A stretch of 64,000 nt of DNA. Source: Octopus vulgaris (taxonomy: Eukaryota). The first letter of the stretch is position 1. Each line of letters opens with the position of its first letter. The stretch covers positions 124,806,001 through 124,870,000 of the forward strand of contig OX597820.1 in the NCBI GenBank assembly GCA_951406725.2. Direction: 5' to 3'. This document shows positions 25,592-39,180 of the stretch, piece after piece. Under the pieces are notes generated by a model. The model was not told where the DNA came from, searched no databases, and worked only from the letters and a program-made list of their open reading frames with translations. The translations under genes were made by a program, and so were the position numbers.

Positions 25592-25634
<43 letters not shown>

Positions 25635-25715
25635 GACTGTATAACGTATATATAGTGCGCGGGTGTATTTGGCAAGAAAAAAAAAACTCGGAATACAGCA
25701 ATACATACATACATT

Positions 25716-25772
<57 letters not shown>

Positions 25773-25974
25773 TATATATATATGCGTGTGTGTGTGTGTA
25801 TGTATTGCTGTATTTTATCTTGCCAAATACACCCGCGCACTATATATACGTTCTACACACGTTTGTTACTGTTCTTGTTGTAACTCATGCCCATTGTCTG
25901 GAAATCTTTCGGCACACATTTTAACCTCCTCGGCGACACTTTCCATCGTCGCGTGTACTCTTGGTCTGCTTGCT

Positions 25975-25990
25975 TATTCCATACACACAC

Positions 25991-26038
<48 letters not shown>

Positions 26039-26230
26039 TCCATATATATGTGTGTGTGTGTGTGTGTGTATTCCATATATATGTGTGTGTGTGTGTATTC
26101 CATATATATATGTGTGTGTCTGTATTCCATATATATGCGTGTGTGTGTATTCCATATATATGCGTGTGTGTGTATATTCCATATATATGCATGTGTGTGT
26201 GTGTATTCCATATATATGCATGTGTGTGTA
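25975..26230. repeat. Minisatellite of ATTCC(AT)n(GT)n units (~8 copies)
   Basis: Recurrent tattccatatatatg(tg)n. Confidence 0.9.
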
Positions 26231-27658
26231 TATAAATATATATCATTGTTGTCTGAATAAGAGGATATGCGGAATATGAACTAGTGCCATGTTATAAGTA
26301 ACTTATTCAAAATTCAGTAACGACATTTCCTACCTCTCTTTACTGAGTTCTGTAATTTATCGCTTTTCTATGGAATGAACAAAAATTACCACGCGCACGC
26401 GCATAAGCATATACACATGCACTCACAAAAATATATATCCTTATCCTTTCGAAGAAGAACTGAGATTATAATTAAAGTGACATAATGCATTATTTATCTA
26501 GAATTATAAAACTTCTCTCCTCTTCAAATGTCCATAAACTGAGAGCTATGTGTATATAAATGATCTTTGCTCTTGTATAGCGTATATATTTCAGAATTGC
26601 GCAATTCTTGTATATAAATACATTCTATTATTGTAACTACTTCTTTCGAAGGAAACAAAGTGCATATTTTCCTTTTGTTATGTACAACCTGATGCAGTAT
26701 CATTGAATAGATTTACGATATTAATATCTGTGGTGGTTAACCGAAAACGGAACAAACACCTAAACAGATGTTACTTGATTGCTGCTGAAGACATCTTTCT
26801 CTGTGTATTATTATATGTTATAAACAGTAGGTATAGAAAGAGATACTTCAGCCGTAAGAGAGCATTGCCACGTTAAATCAATCGATATACACCATCTGTC
26901 TATTTTATTCATAAAACAAAGTTGAATACAAAATAATAAGGGAGTCTTTCTTTTACGGAAATAAATTAATATTTATAAAAACAGAAATATATAAATTGAT
27001 GCCCTAAAATCTGCACACTGTTTTCTAATGATGGAAACAGTAAAATATTGTTTAAAGTTTAAAAATAAAACACTTGTGGACAAAGGATTTGAAAATACTG
27101 ATCGACTATCATTTCAGATAAAAGAGAATTGGATACCGTATATATGGTTCATGATAATAAACAGCGACCTTTATTTCTAAAATTAAATATTATATTATTA
27201 AAAGCCATCGTTCTGACAACGTAGTCAGTACAGACAGGTATGGAGAATTTCCATACTAATAATCAGTTACACTCAAATCGTTATGTTTGTCTTTCAGTGA
27301 TCTCTGAAGCTGAGTATCCGTTTTATTCCAGGTTTAAAGAAAGAAGAAAGTATTAAGAAATTTGCGTGTGCGTGTGTGTGTGTGTATGTGTGTATATGTG
27401 TGTGTGCATGTGATATGTGTGTGCATGTGATAAATATAGGGATAGAAACTTCAAACTTCAAAATGGCAAACCGCCTAAATCACCTAAAAATTCTTTATCC
27501 ATATAGGATATACGATAGAAATGACGCAAGCTATCAATTTTAAGAAAAAAATACATAAAATAGGATCCGAAACTAGGAGTATGTCCCATTTCAGGGGTAC
27601 ATTACCGGTCGGGGTTAAAAGTTAAATACTCCACATACACACACAATCACACACACGC

Positions 27659-27721
<63 letters not shown>

Positions 27722-27975
27722 TATGTATCTAAGAATAATTGAGTTGGAGGTTAAATTAACTGTCTAAGGCTTGATTGTATCCACAGTGTATCCATTACAC
27801 TACTTAAGTTTGATCATGGGTATACATATCGAATAATATTATTCTCACAAATTATAGGTTTACATGCGTTTATCAAGAATCAAAATTTAACGAAGGCAGA
27901 AATGAAGAACTATCAATAAACAACAATGGACTTACATCAATTAATATTAATTAATTCAAAATGAATATACTGCAT

Positions 27976-28093
27976 CCCATCTTACAGCTGTTTCTGTTTC
28001 CAATTTTGTATTGTATAGCTACTGATATGCTGATAATATTTTTCGTATTTGATAATAAAACCGATCTGAAGCATGGAGCTTCATCAGAGTGAA
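27976..28093 (-). ncRNA. Degenerate hammerhead ribozyme with long stem II insert
   Basis: Minus strand uucacu-CUGAUGA-agcucca...(long insert)...uggaaaca-GAAA-CAGCUG-UA-agauggg; palindromic stem III; stems I and II imperfect. Confidence 0.45.
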
Positions 28094-28217
28094 GAATGGA
28101 TGAAGAAGAGAATAAAGAAGAAACAGGGAAAAGTTGAATATGGTTGTAACCATACCATTTTGTTCTACTTGAAAGGAAACCCGATTTAATCATAAATATG
28201 TCACATATCTCCTGCAT

Positions 28218-28237
28218 TTATATGTATATATATATAT

Positions 28238-28289
<52 letters not shown>

Positions 28290-28814
28290 ATATATATATG
28301 TGTGTATGTATATACATATATATGTATATGTATATATATATATATGTGTATATATATATGTATATATATATATGTGTGTGTGTATATATATATATATGTG
28401 CATATATATATGTATGTGTGTATATATATATGTACATGTGTATATATATATGTATATGTGTATATATATATATATATATGTGTATATATATATATGTGTA
28501 TGTATATATGTGCATATCTATATGTGTATATATATATGTGTGTGTGTATGTATATGTGTGCATATATATATATGTGTGTGTATGTATATGTGTGTATATA
28601 TATATATATGTGTATATATATATATGTGTATATTTATATATGTGTGCGTGTATATATATATGTGTGTATATATATGTGTGTATATATATATGTGTGTATG
28701 TGTATATATGTATGTATATATATATGTGTATGTATGTATATGTATGTATATATATGTGTATGTATGTATATGTATGTATATAGATGTATTTATATGCATG
28801 TATGTATATACATA

Positions 28815-28862
<48 letters not shown>
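28218..28862. repeat. Degenerate (TA/TG)n microsatellite, ~640 bp
   Basis: Directly visible. Confidence 0.98.
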
Positions 28863-28863
<1 letters not shown>

Positions 28864-29291
28864 CTTTGTTTATGGCTTTGGATGGGTAAGGTCAGGTAAC
28901 ACATTATGCGTACAATATTGCTATTGAACATTGAAAAAAGATTTCTTGATGCTTATAGGAAATGATAAATTTAATACGATTTTAAAGAATAAATTTAATA
29001 AAAAACTTTCTCATTTATATATCACTTCGCAATACTGCACTATCATATATTTCCTCTGCTCCTCCGCCTCAATAACTTTTTCCCTCACTCCGTAATTGTT
29101 ACGCATATGTGTACTCATTGTGCCCACTATAATAACTTTCTTTCTGTATCTCTCTGTTACTCCACCCAGTCGTTTTATATGATGTAAAGCCTGACTAGAA
29201 AAATAAACTAAAAGGTAAAGAATTATTTATATCACATATTACCTTATAGCGATACACATACGTAGACTCCCTCCACATATACACACATTTT

Positions 29292-29362
<71 letters not shown>

Positions 29363-30374
29363 CAAATGAATAGAAATCGAGGTCTAGAGCGTAATTCTGT
29401 GATATATATATTTATGGTTTTACTATACGTTTAGCATTGTATTTACATACAACATGATAGATAGTTTTAATCCTAACATACTTTCTATTTGAATGGAAAC
29501 CCGATTTAATCATAGATATGTCAGATGATATCTCCTACAAAATGTATTCAATAACACATGTACGTGTATAATATAAATATTTCAAAGCGTCACATTGAAG
29601 TTATGGATATAGTAACAATTTTGTCTTTAGTACAAATTACCTAATTTTCTATTTCGCTTGAGAAATTCAGTAAAGATAATCGAATTTGAAATTCTTTTTC
29701 TACGATACTTAGACATTTCAGGAATTATATTATAGAAAAATACATTTTGATAATTCCATTTATTATTTGTAATAAAAAGATACTCTCTGAGTTCATTCTA
29801 TCGTAAGATTTTTTAAAAGATTTCAATTATATGAAATGGAAGATTTTACTTATTGAATTTTTACACACTATAGCAGATTTTGCGTTTATTACTTCCTAAG
29901 TGGTATTCATTCTACCTGATATATCAGTTATGAAAATAATACGCATTGCAAAAAAAAAACAAAAAAACAATAGTCAAAATAAAAGCTATGCAAAAATTTT
30001 TGCAAATCTCCTCTACCTACAAAATTGAATAACGTCGGACATTTGAGAGCATAGTCAAACGTTAAGAAGAGCATAATAGGGAATGAGATGGACTTGGTGA
30101 TGATTAAACAGTATTCAGGTATTTGTAAATTGTGTATGATTGTGTAAGTTTGTGAGCTTTCAATGTTCTTATGCAGTTAAACATATTGTTTTACACTTAT
30201 TCACATTAGCTGCAAATTTATTTAAGATGAATATTGTGAGAATATTCTGTATTAAAAATAAAATAGATATAAGACAGCAAAATAAGATATATTACAAGAA
30301 CAACGACTTTTGAAATCGGGTGAAGTCAAATGGTACAGCAAATTTCAAAAATATATCCCTATACTTACACATGA

Positions 30375-30536
30375 GTGGAGGCTCGTGGCTTAGTGCTGTT
30401 AGCATCATGATCGTTAGATGAACCGGGCGAGGCGTTGTGTTCTTGAGCAAAACCATTCAATTCACGTTGCTCCACTCCACTCAGCTGGCAAAAATGAGTA
30501 ACGCTGCGTTGGACTGTCAAGCTGGGGAACACATAC
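30375..30536 (+). mobile_element. Degenerate tRNA-derived SINE related to 19722-20011
   Basis: gtggaggctcgtggcttagtg head and accgggcga..cgttgtgttcttgagcaaaac block. Confidence 0.6.
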
Positions 30537-30731
30537 TCTCAAAATTATTGAAAAGGTTGCAAGACGCAACGAAAATTTTAGGAAAATAAAAATAACGAAA
30601 AAGTGGGAATTTTACCGGTGAGTGTGTTATATTATAAGGCACAAAAAGAAAATGACTCTCCCCAGACACAACATAATATGCTTTAACACACGAACTCATA
30701 TCAAAAATGTTGCAAACCAAATCCCAAAACG

Positions 30732-30782
<51 letters not shown>

Positions 30783-30801
30783 ACAATTATTCGGTAGCCA
30801 A

Positions 30802-30981
30802 GATAAAACTCTGAGTTTCGGATGCTGAGGTGGAAGTCCACACCACAATCTCTTTAGTTATACGATCATCGGAACAACGCCATGAAAACGATCTTTTTTG
30901 ATAGCGTTTTTCCGATGGCCGGGTAACTGAAGAGATGGTGTTGTGGATTTCCACCTCGGCATACGAAACGCAGTTTTATCC
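30802..30981. mobile_element. Fold-back element (~78-bp arms), each arm carrying a hammerhead motif
   Basis: 30802-30880 is the approximate reverse complement of 30904-30980; 23-nt spacer. Confidence 0.75.
30921..30981 (+). ncRNA. Type I hammerhead ribozyme
   Basis: GGGUAA-CUGAAGA-GAUG...CAU(A)C-GAAA-C(gca)G-UU-UUAUCC; 6-bp stem I with one G-U; stem II has a bulged A. Confidence 0.6.
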
Positions 30982-31778
30982 TATCCTTCTCTCCTCTTTT
31001 ACTCTCTACAGCATGAATTTCTTCAAATCTGTGTATAAACCATTTTGTCTGCTGAACATATCCCAGGGCAATTGTGTTGCTCATGAAATCTATTGAAGTA
31101 TAAACACGTGCAAGGATCCTTCTCTTATCTTAAGTTAATAGGCCTGTCTTTTCCTTTATGGCATGACAATCCTGAATTTATTTTCGTTTTATAATAAGTT
31201 ATTTTGTATAGGATTTCATATAACTCCGTCTTTGTTTTATACATATGCATTCACACTCATACATACTCTCTTTTTTTTCCTCCATTCACATACACACTCA
31301 CACAACTCACACAAACACATACACGCACTCGAGTAATTAGGAAATGCCCTGAAGAAACTATCGTTTTAGTTTTATATGTTACATCATGAACTCGTAATGT
31401 AAAATGTTTTATAATCATAAAATATTTTATATTAATTGTTCCGCGTATATAATAAAATAATGTGTTAAAATGTGTACACTTTTGTAAAGAATACGTCAAC
31501 AGTTTAATGTCTATACAAAGTATGATTTCCTATGGGCAAATTTCTGCAAAATATTCTACTGTAAATATTAAGAAAATAACAGGGATGAATAAAGAGAAGA
31601 ACATACATGTGAAACGTGATATGTAATGAACAGACAGATGGGAAGTTGTTTTCATTGAATTATTTGTAGGCATGTATAATTTATTGAACATTTTGTGATG
31701 AGATGGCCTTATATTTGGTGCTGTTTATGAATTGTGATATTACTTTACTACTATTACTACTACTACTACTACTACTAC

Positions 31779-31810
<32 letters not shown>

Positions 31811-33002
31811 TATACCTCAACGAACTAGTAAATTAATAGAATAAGCAAGTTAATTCTTCAAAATGCTTCACCGAATATACAAAATTGAATCTACCCGTAT
31901 ATATTGTATATTACGTCAAGGATTCGTTGGATCATCAAAGAAATGCATCTGAAAAGTTTCATACATTTTTTTTTTTAGAATAAAGTTATCTTCGTCAATA
32001 ATTAAATCAGAATAATCAGCAAAATTTCTGGAATTCAATGTATACAATTTGATCGTCACTTTCACTTGAGGCAACTCTAGAAATTTAAAAGATGACTATA
32101 CATTTTCCGGCATGCTGGGTCATGTCAAAATCATCATGCAATATACCTAGAAGACAGATCAGCAATATAAAAAAAAACGAAGAGTGACACCCAGTGATAA
32201 CAAAATCCCTTGAGAAAGTTGTATCCCTATCTTTAATCAAGCAAGCAGCAGACATTAGACTAAAGAATAAATTTACAATTTTCTTTAACAACATGAAATG
32301 TTAGACAAAGACATCCATGAGGCGTTCTGAAAACTCAGCAAAAATATGTTATATATTGACAAATGCATATTAAAAACCAGCTAAGCATTCATCATTCACT
32401 ATTGAAATGCTGTCAAAAATATAAGCATATACATGTGAAGCTTATCCTTAGTTGATAGAGATCGCTCCAGATCGTTGAAGTATACGACAGTGAATGATAT
32501 TTAGGCATGCTTAAATCACCGACCCTACCTTGCTTTATTCATACACACTGTCTTTCCCCACTCTCTCTCCTTCATGTTCTCTTCAAATGCCAATCCCACT
32601 ATTAATTCTGTTTGAAGCTAACTACTATATTATCTACTACTGACCTGCCCAATTCCTCTTTCCTCTCATTTTCCTATAATTTATTTTATCTTATTTCCTT
32701 TTATGTTATTTCCGTGTTATTTTTCTTCCAATTTTTTATCCTTTCTTGTAATACTTATACCTCCATACATTTATATAACCCTCACAAACTGCGCCCTCCA
32801 CAAATTCTGATTGAATCCACTTTGCGTCAATATGTACCTCCTTGCGACAAAATAGCCTTTACTCGAACCAATATATCTTTGGCCTGTTGAGTAGCCGGCG
32901 GTGTGAGAAATATAGTGATATAGATTAGATAGATAGGGATAGATAGATATATAGATAGAAATACAGATAGACAGATGGATGGATAGATAGATAAGTAGAT
33001 AT

Positions 33003-33198
33003 GTTTCTTTATTAGCCACACAGGGCTGCACATAGATAGAACAAATTACAAGGTAGAGCTTTTCTTTTGAAGGTTTAAAAAAAAATTGATCAATATGGAT
33101 CGTTATCACAGAAATGTCAATATGAAGTGTAAAGGGGAGGACAGGTGAGGTTTACCCGTGGAAAGAAAAGCCTACGGAAAAGACCACGGTAACCTCGA
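33003..33198 (-). mobile_element. Probable LINE (L1/Tx1-like) 3' UTR fragment inside (GATA)n
   Basis: Minus strand ends ...tatgtgcagccctgtgtggctaataaagaaac with AATAAA; tail resembles the 14517 SINE tail; clade assignment from recall only. Confidence 0.45.
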
Positions 33199-34099
33199 TA
33201 GATAGATAGATAGATAAGTAGATAGATAAGTACATAGACAGGTAAGTAGATATATAGATATATAAGTAGATAAATAGACAGATAGGTAGATAGACACACA
33301 TAGATATAGGTATGTATTTCTTTAAATCCTCTATAGTTATGAAATTGAAAATCGAAATTTAAAAGCGGACAGAATTTGTATTTAATTACCTGAAGATAAC
33401 TGCTGCTGTTCAAACGAAATATTATTTGATGTAGCAGAAACTATTATCGTCGAATAAGACAAATTCTAAACACCATAACTTCAATTATGTCGATATAATT
33501 GAATAATATAATTTGCACATTTACATATATCCAACAGGTAATTTCTATTTGTTTAAAATAATATACTTATATGACGCCAGACAGAAGTATTATAGTAATA
33601 TGACCAGTATTATTTTTAAGTGTGTCTGGGAAATTTACTAATCATTATTCGAAGAAGTCTGAGAAATTACTATTAAAGTATTTCGTTTTTAGCAACTTAC
33701 GTTGATATATAAATTAGTAAAAGTTACTTATTTTAAAACAAAAATGATTGATAATCTCTAATTGCGTAATTTTCTTATAAAATGTAAAATTATTGGAGGC
33801 GACTTTATTTCAATTGTCCCAAGTTTACAGATATATATCAAAAACTGATAGTTCTCATCAAAACTATGACTTAATTAATTTATGATTATCTACTGTAACC
33901 AACAATGCAAAAACGAAATTTGAATTCTTGTATAATACTTTCATTTACTTCTTTTGTAAATACATTTCTTTAAAACTCATTTTTCTTACATTACGAATGC
34001 GATACTATATCTCTCAACTTGTTATACTTGTATACACACACACAAAATCTCACATGCACACACATATATTCATACAAATATACATATATACATATATAT

Positions 34100-34410
34100 A
34101 GTCGTAGGATTGGTTGTGTGGTAAGTAGCTAGCTTACCAACCACCTTGGGCAAGTGACTTCTACTATAGCCTCGGGCCGACCAAAGACTTGTGAGTGAAT
34201 TTGGTAGACGGAAACTGAAAGAAGCCCGTCGTATCTGACGACAGATGCTGGTATTTTTACGTCCCCGTAACTTAGCGGTTCGGCAAAATAGACCAATACA
34301 ATAAGTACTAGGCTTACAAAGAAGTCCTGGGGTTCGATTTGCTCGACTACAGGTGGTGCTCCAGTATGGCCGCAGTCAAATGACTGAAACAAGTAAAAGA
34401 GTAAAAGAGA
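34100..34410 (+). mobile_element. CORE-like SINE with internal deletions
   Basis: Matches the 46835 family. Confidence 0.9.
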
Positions 34411-35620
34411 ATCTATATACGTGTGTGTGTGTGTGTGTGTGTATACCAGCAGAAAGACCACCAGGCGGCTTTCTGCTCCTCCGCTTGATAATATTTTCAC
34501 ACTATTTTCACTCGCATATCTTTTGGGACACCCCATGCTCAATTGCAAAATTCTAATGAGATATTTGTGTTATAAAAAAATCCAATCCGGAGTGTGTGTT
34601 TGTATTTGTATTATATAGCCAGTGTGTGTGTGTGTGTATGTGTGTGTGTGTTTATATTAGAGAGACGATGTGTGTGAGAGAGGAGAGAGAGGGGAAGAGA
34701 AAGCATTGCAAACAATGAATGAGATAAACGTGAACTGAACAAATCGTATAAATAGAATCTCGTGAGAAACTCTCCTGCACCGAATATATAAATTTGTGAA
34801 CTTGAAATATTCAATATTAAAAGGAAGTTCAGAAATTGAATTTTCCTGAAAACTTCAATTTATAAAAAAACTCTCACATGTTTAGTAAATATTTCTTTCA
34901 CAAATTTATCGTACTTGTAATACATCTCTAATATAAACAATCTTCAAGGTAACCTAACTGCGTTTATCGTCCTAGAAATAGCAGCGATTACATAGTTATT
35001 TTTGTAAGGCTTGTAGTGTTCCAAATACCAAGGAAACCAGTCCTTAATATATAAAAAAAAAAATTTTTAACGGTATCTTAAGAAATTTTCCTTTTATCAA
35101 AAAGATTCACTTAACAAACTCCCGAAACTGATATTGTCATAAACCTCAAAGGTGTGCAACTATTTTGTCCAGTAGCATTCATTCATTCAAAACATATTTT
35201 CTTTTTTAAAATTGAGATATAGAATAAACTGTGGGTTTTTCAACTAGCGAATTAAAACTCGAAATGAAAACATTGAAATAAATATATATATAAATTATCA
35301 CTAATGAAAATATAAGCGAGAGAGAGAGAGAGAGAGTGGGAGGGAGAGTAAGATACGGTCGTAGGGAAAATTTCGCCTGCATCGAATATTTTTGATTAAA
35401 AATTAAACTCTACTCCGCAGTGAGTGCAACCGGTACTTAAATTTGTAAAAACTCGTAGTTGAAATATTCAATAAACTTCAGAAATCGAAATTACAGGAAA
35501 TTTTTGGGAACATGTATTTATGAAAAAACAAAAAAATACAGACGGCCAAGCCTTTAATAATTGCTTTCTTTTAGTAACTGTTACATACCTAATTAATAAG
35601 CATCATTCTCGATTATAGAA

Positions 35621-35624
<4 letters not shown>

Positions 35625-35682
<58 letters not shown>

Positions 35683-35732
35683 GTATGTATAAAAGGTGGC
35701 AGTGTTTGTGCTATGCACATATATATATGTAA

Positions 35733-35770
<38 letters not shown>

Positions 35771-35818
35771 AAAAGGTGGCAGTGTTTGTTCTATGCACAT
35801 TTATATATGTATACATAC

Positions 35819-35882
<64 letters not shown>

Positions 35883-35926
35883 AAAAGGTGGCAGTGTTTG
35901 TGCTATGCACATATATATATATATGT

Positions 35927-35984
<58 letters not shown>

Positions 35985-36036
35985 AAAAGGTGGCAGTGTT
36001 TGTGCTATGCACATATATATATATATGTATACATAC

Positions 36037-36092
<56 letters not shown>
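35625..36092 (+). repeat. Array of four ~33-bp cores (GTATAAAAGGTGGCAGTGTTTGTGCTATGCACA) separated by variable (TA)n spacers
   Basis: AAAAGGTGGC begins at 35691, 35771, 35883 and 35985. Confidence 0.95.
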
Positions 36093-36109
36093 GCGCGTGT
36101 TAATAGGAA

Positions 36110-37342
36110 GTGGGACTGAAGTTATAAAGGCTGACTACGAAGAAAAGACATTCTATAGCTGCGAAATATTACAGGAATTAATTTGAACGCTTCTTATTCA
36201 TAACTCTATTGTGTCTGTCCAAGGAAACTGACAATTGTTTAAAGACGTCTTGCAAAGTAATTAGTAGAGACGTCTCCTAAAACGGGACGCAATTTGGCAT
36301 CGCGGGATTATCAAGTACCCGCAGAAAAACGGTTTAGTCCTCAACGACATTCATGTTTCTACGTTAGTGTATCCTGATTACAGATTTATCAACAGTGCAA
36401 AAGTGGGCATCTGAATTTAGTACGGGACGGGAAAGTCTTGAAGACGACCTAAAGTTTGGACTTCCTGCTACTGATACCACCGAGGAAAACTTTGATAGCA
36501 CTCACCTCATGCTGACGGATGACAGATAATTGACAATATATGACATTGATATTACTATTGGCACATTCCGTGAGAGAGGTGAAAATGCTCTGCACAATAT
36601 ACTTGGCATGACGAATATTTCTGCTCAAGGGTTACCACTTCTAATACCTGATCAAATGTGCACCAGGCTGATCACATCACGGAAAAAATTGACATTGTTT
36701 GAGGCAGATTCATTTGGATTCCTTGAACGTTTTCTAAGCTAGAATAAATGTTGGCTCATCCCATCGAGACTGAGTCAAAAACGAATAGATGCTGTGAGAA
36801 CACTCCTCTTCAACGGCCCCAAAGAAGGCCAATGTTGTTTCATATGTGAGGACGTTGACGGCTTCAGTTTTGGGAAGATACAAAAGGCAGTGTATTTATT
36901 GACATGAAAAGTTCCATACCATCAATAAAGAGTAATATGTCAATTTGCTGTGCCAGATAAAATAAGGCTATCAAAACCAAACGCACTGTAACACTGACGA
37001 ATTGGGTACTGTGTCATCAGTACAATACTTCAGTGACTGCTGTGCATAACTGCATCTTTGAACTGGGTAAGTTACCCTCCCTATTCACCTAGGCCCATCT
37101 AACTTATTTGTTAGCCAACACGAGAAAACACTTGGCTTGTAACCAATATCGCAGTGATAACGTCATATTTGCTGTTGATGGTTTGTGACCAACAGGATTA
37201 AAGGATCTGTCCCAAAGGATCCAAGCACTGCAAAACCAATAGAGGAATATGTGGATCGGGGGGGACTATGTTCAAATGTAAACATCATTGGCTTCCATGA
37301 GCGAATTGTTGACAGACCATGTACATTTCAGTCGATCTTCGT
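36110..37342 (+). mobile_element. Mariner-family DNA transposon, decayed near-full-length copy
   Basis: IWHRGIIKY at the start, GRESLEDD.K.G.PAT.TTEEN, ENALHNILGMTNISA, LIPDQM.TRLITSRKKLTLFEAD..GFLERFL, PYSP remnant near 37080; degenerate TIRs near 36113-36135 and 37311-37341. Confidence 0.85.
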
Positions 37343-37621
37343 GCATATATATGTATACATAGATCGATAGATAGATAGATAAACAAATAAATTGACGGAT
37401 TGATATATAGATAGCTAGATAATTGATAGTTAGACACACACACACACACACACGGATACATATATAAGAACGTGTGCCCTGAATCAACGTGGGCATTCCT
37501 CTGCATATCAGTGATATATCCATTTTGGTGTGTGTGATCACAGATATATCAATTTTTGCTATGTGTGTTTGACAAGCTTCCCTCTTCTAGATACGGGCTA
37601 AATCTCTCTGCAGGGTGTCTA

Positions 37622-38498
37622 TACAGAGTGATAAACAAGTCATGTAATTACAAAACCAAGGAACAGAATTCATAAAGGAGATATTTCATAGTGGGTTTAA
37701 TGAAAAGAAAATGTTCGTGGCGAAAATGTATAGCACACAGATGATTAATAATTAATTAAACATTTATTGTAAAAATATCTAGAAAGTCATCATTGTGAAA
37801 AATGAGTAAAAAAATTGAACTCGACAAAAAATTACAATAATTTAAATGGATTTATAGAACAATTTTTTTTACCTGTAGAGACTGTTTATCAAGCCATATT
37901 TCTCTTGGCGTATACTCAGGTTTTCATGACTAAAGTTGTATTTTTTAAACTTGTTTTGATGAGATAATGTTTGCATATTGGCTTCGCAACGTTTTAAGAC
38001 ACTAAATGCATAGCAATATGCAATGTAAATTAATATCACCAAGCTCTTTATCTTACTTCAATTGTTAGGTAAGATTTAATATGAATCGTTAATTACTAAA
38101 TAACCTTTAAATAAAAACATAACATACACAAAATTGGTATGTGTAAATATAAACCATTGTAATCTTGGGCAAATTGAATGATTTCTTAAGCCTCTGAGAT
38201 GTTCACTGCAATGTTAGGGTCATCTGTTGCTGTTTGGTAATTGTTCTTGTCAATTTCCACCCACTTTGCTTTGGATCTCTTAAACAGTTGTAGATCCAGA
38301 AGTCAGGTCTAGAAGAAAATGATAAGGAGACAGAAAATGAACAATAAATACAATATACAAAATGTTCTGTGGATCGTAGCAACCTCTAAACCGGCTTCAA
38401 TTTTGCTGAAATTGCATGTTGCGTTTATTCACTAAATTAAATAAAATTAGAGGGTCTGTTCAAGTTTTTGAAATAAGTTATTTTTTATCACCCTAATA
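37622..38498. mobile_element. Possible Tc1/mariner non-autonomous element
   Basis: Weak TIRs tacagagtgataaacaa / ttttttatcaccctaata with TA flanks; minus-strand PDFWI...W.EID-like remnant at ~38245-38310. Confidence 0.35.
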
Positions 38499-38514
38499 TA
38501 TATATATATATGTG

Positions 38515-38592
<78 letters not shown>

Positions 38593-38739
38593 AGAAATTG
38601 TATATATATTTGTCAGACAAGTGTTAAGTGTATTATCGTATATACGCACACGCATGATATCGTATGCTAATTATCATATAAATTATATGAATTAATTAGC
38701 TGTATATTTATAAATCCACTTCATTCAGTTTCTGAATAG

Positions 38740-39180
38740 TTTTGGACGAGAAAGGATATGAGCCTGTAGAACGTCGTCTGACACTTAAATCTATGCGTTT
38801 TCTGCATCCTCTATTCCTTGAAGGTTCGTAAGGATAGGGCACTCAGGTACTTCACAGAAAAAAAGCAACCGTCATTACACTTTCATTCTGTGTCCCAAAG
38901 CGTGACCAACGGATACTATACGTGTTGTTCAACCATCTCGTTCTTGATCTACCCTTAATTTTCCTGCCGGTTGACAGGTTCGGAGAATCTGCCTTATGAT
39001 CCTTTCCTGCTTCATTTCAACATTCTGATTACAAGATGCGTAATTGGTGCTCAGTGAATGTAAATTATGTAGAGGAAGGTTACCCTAGATATCACTTTCA
39101 GGAAGCCCATTTCGGCCGCTTGTATTCGCCATCATATAATTTCCATCCGTCATTACCATACTTGAGCACAGGCACAAAAG
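38740..39180 (-). mobile_element. RTE-clade LINE 3' fragment
   Basis: Minus strand VPVLKYGNDGW...RIQAAEMGFLKVI...ERIIRQIL...TGRKIKGRSRTRWLN. Confidence 0.7.

Noticed and set aside
27118-27331. Two candidate small exons
   Set aside because: First has stops in all frames; second has a weak donor (GTTTAA)
35625-36092. Repeat-spacer array resembling CRISPR
   Set aside because: Spacers are (TA)n of variable length, not unique sequences; eukaryotic context, no cas genes
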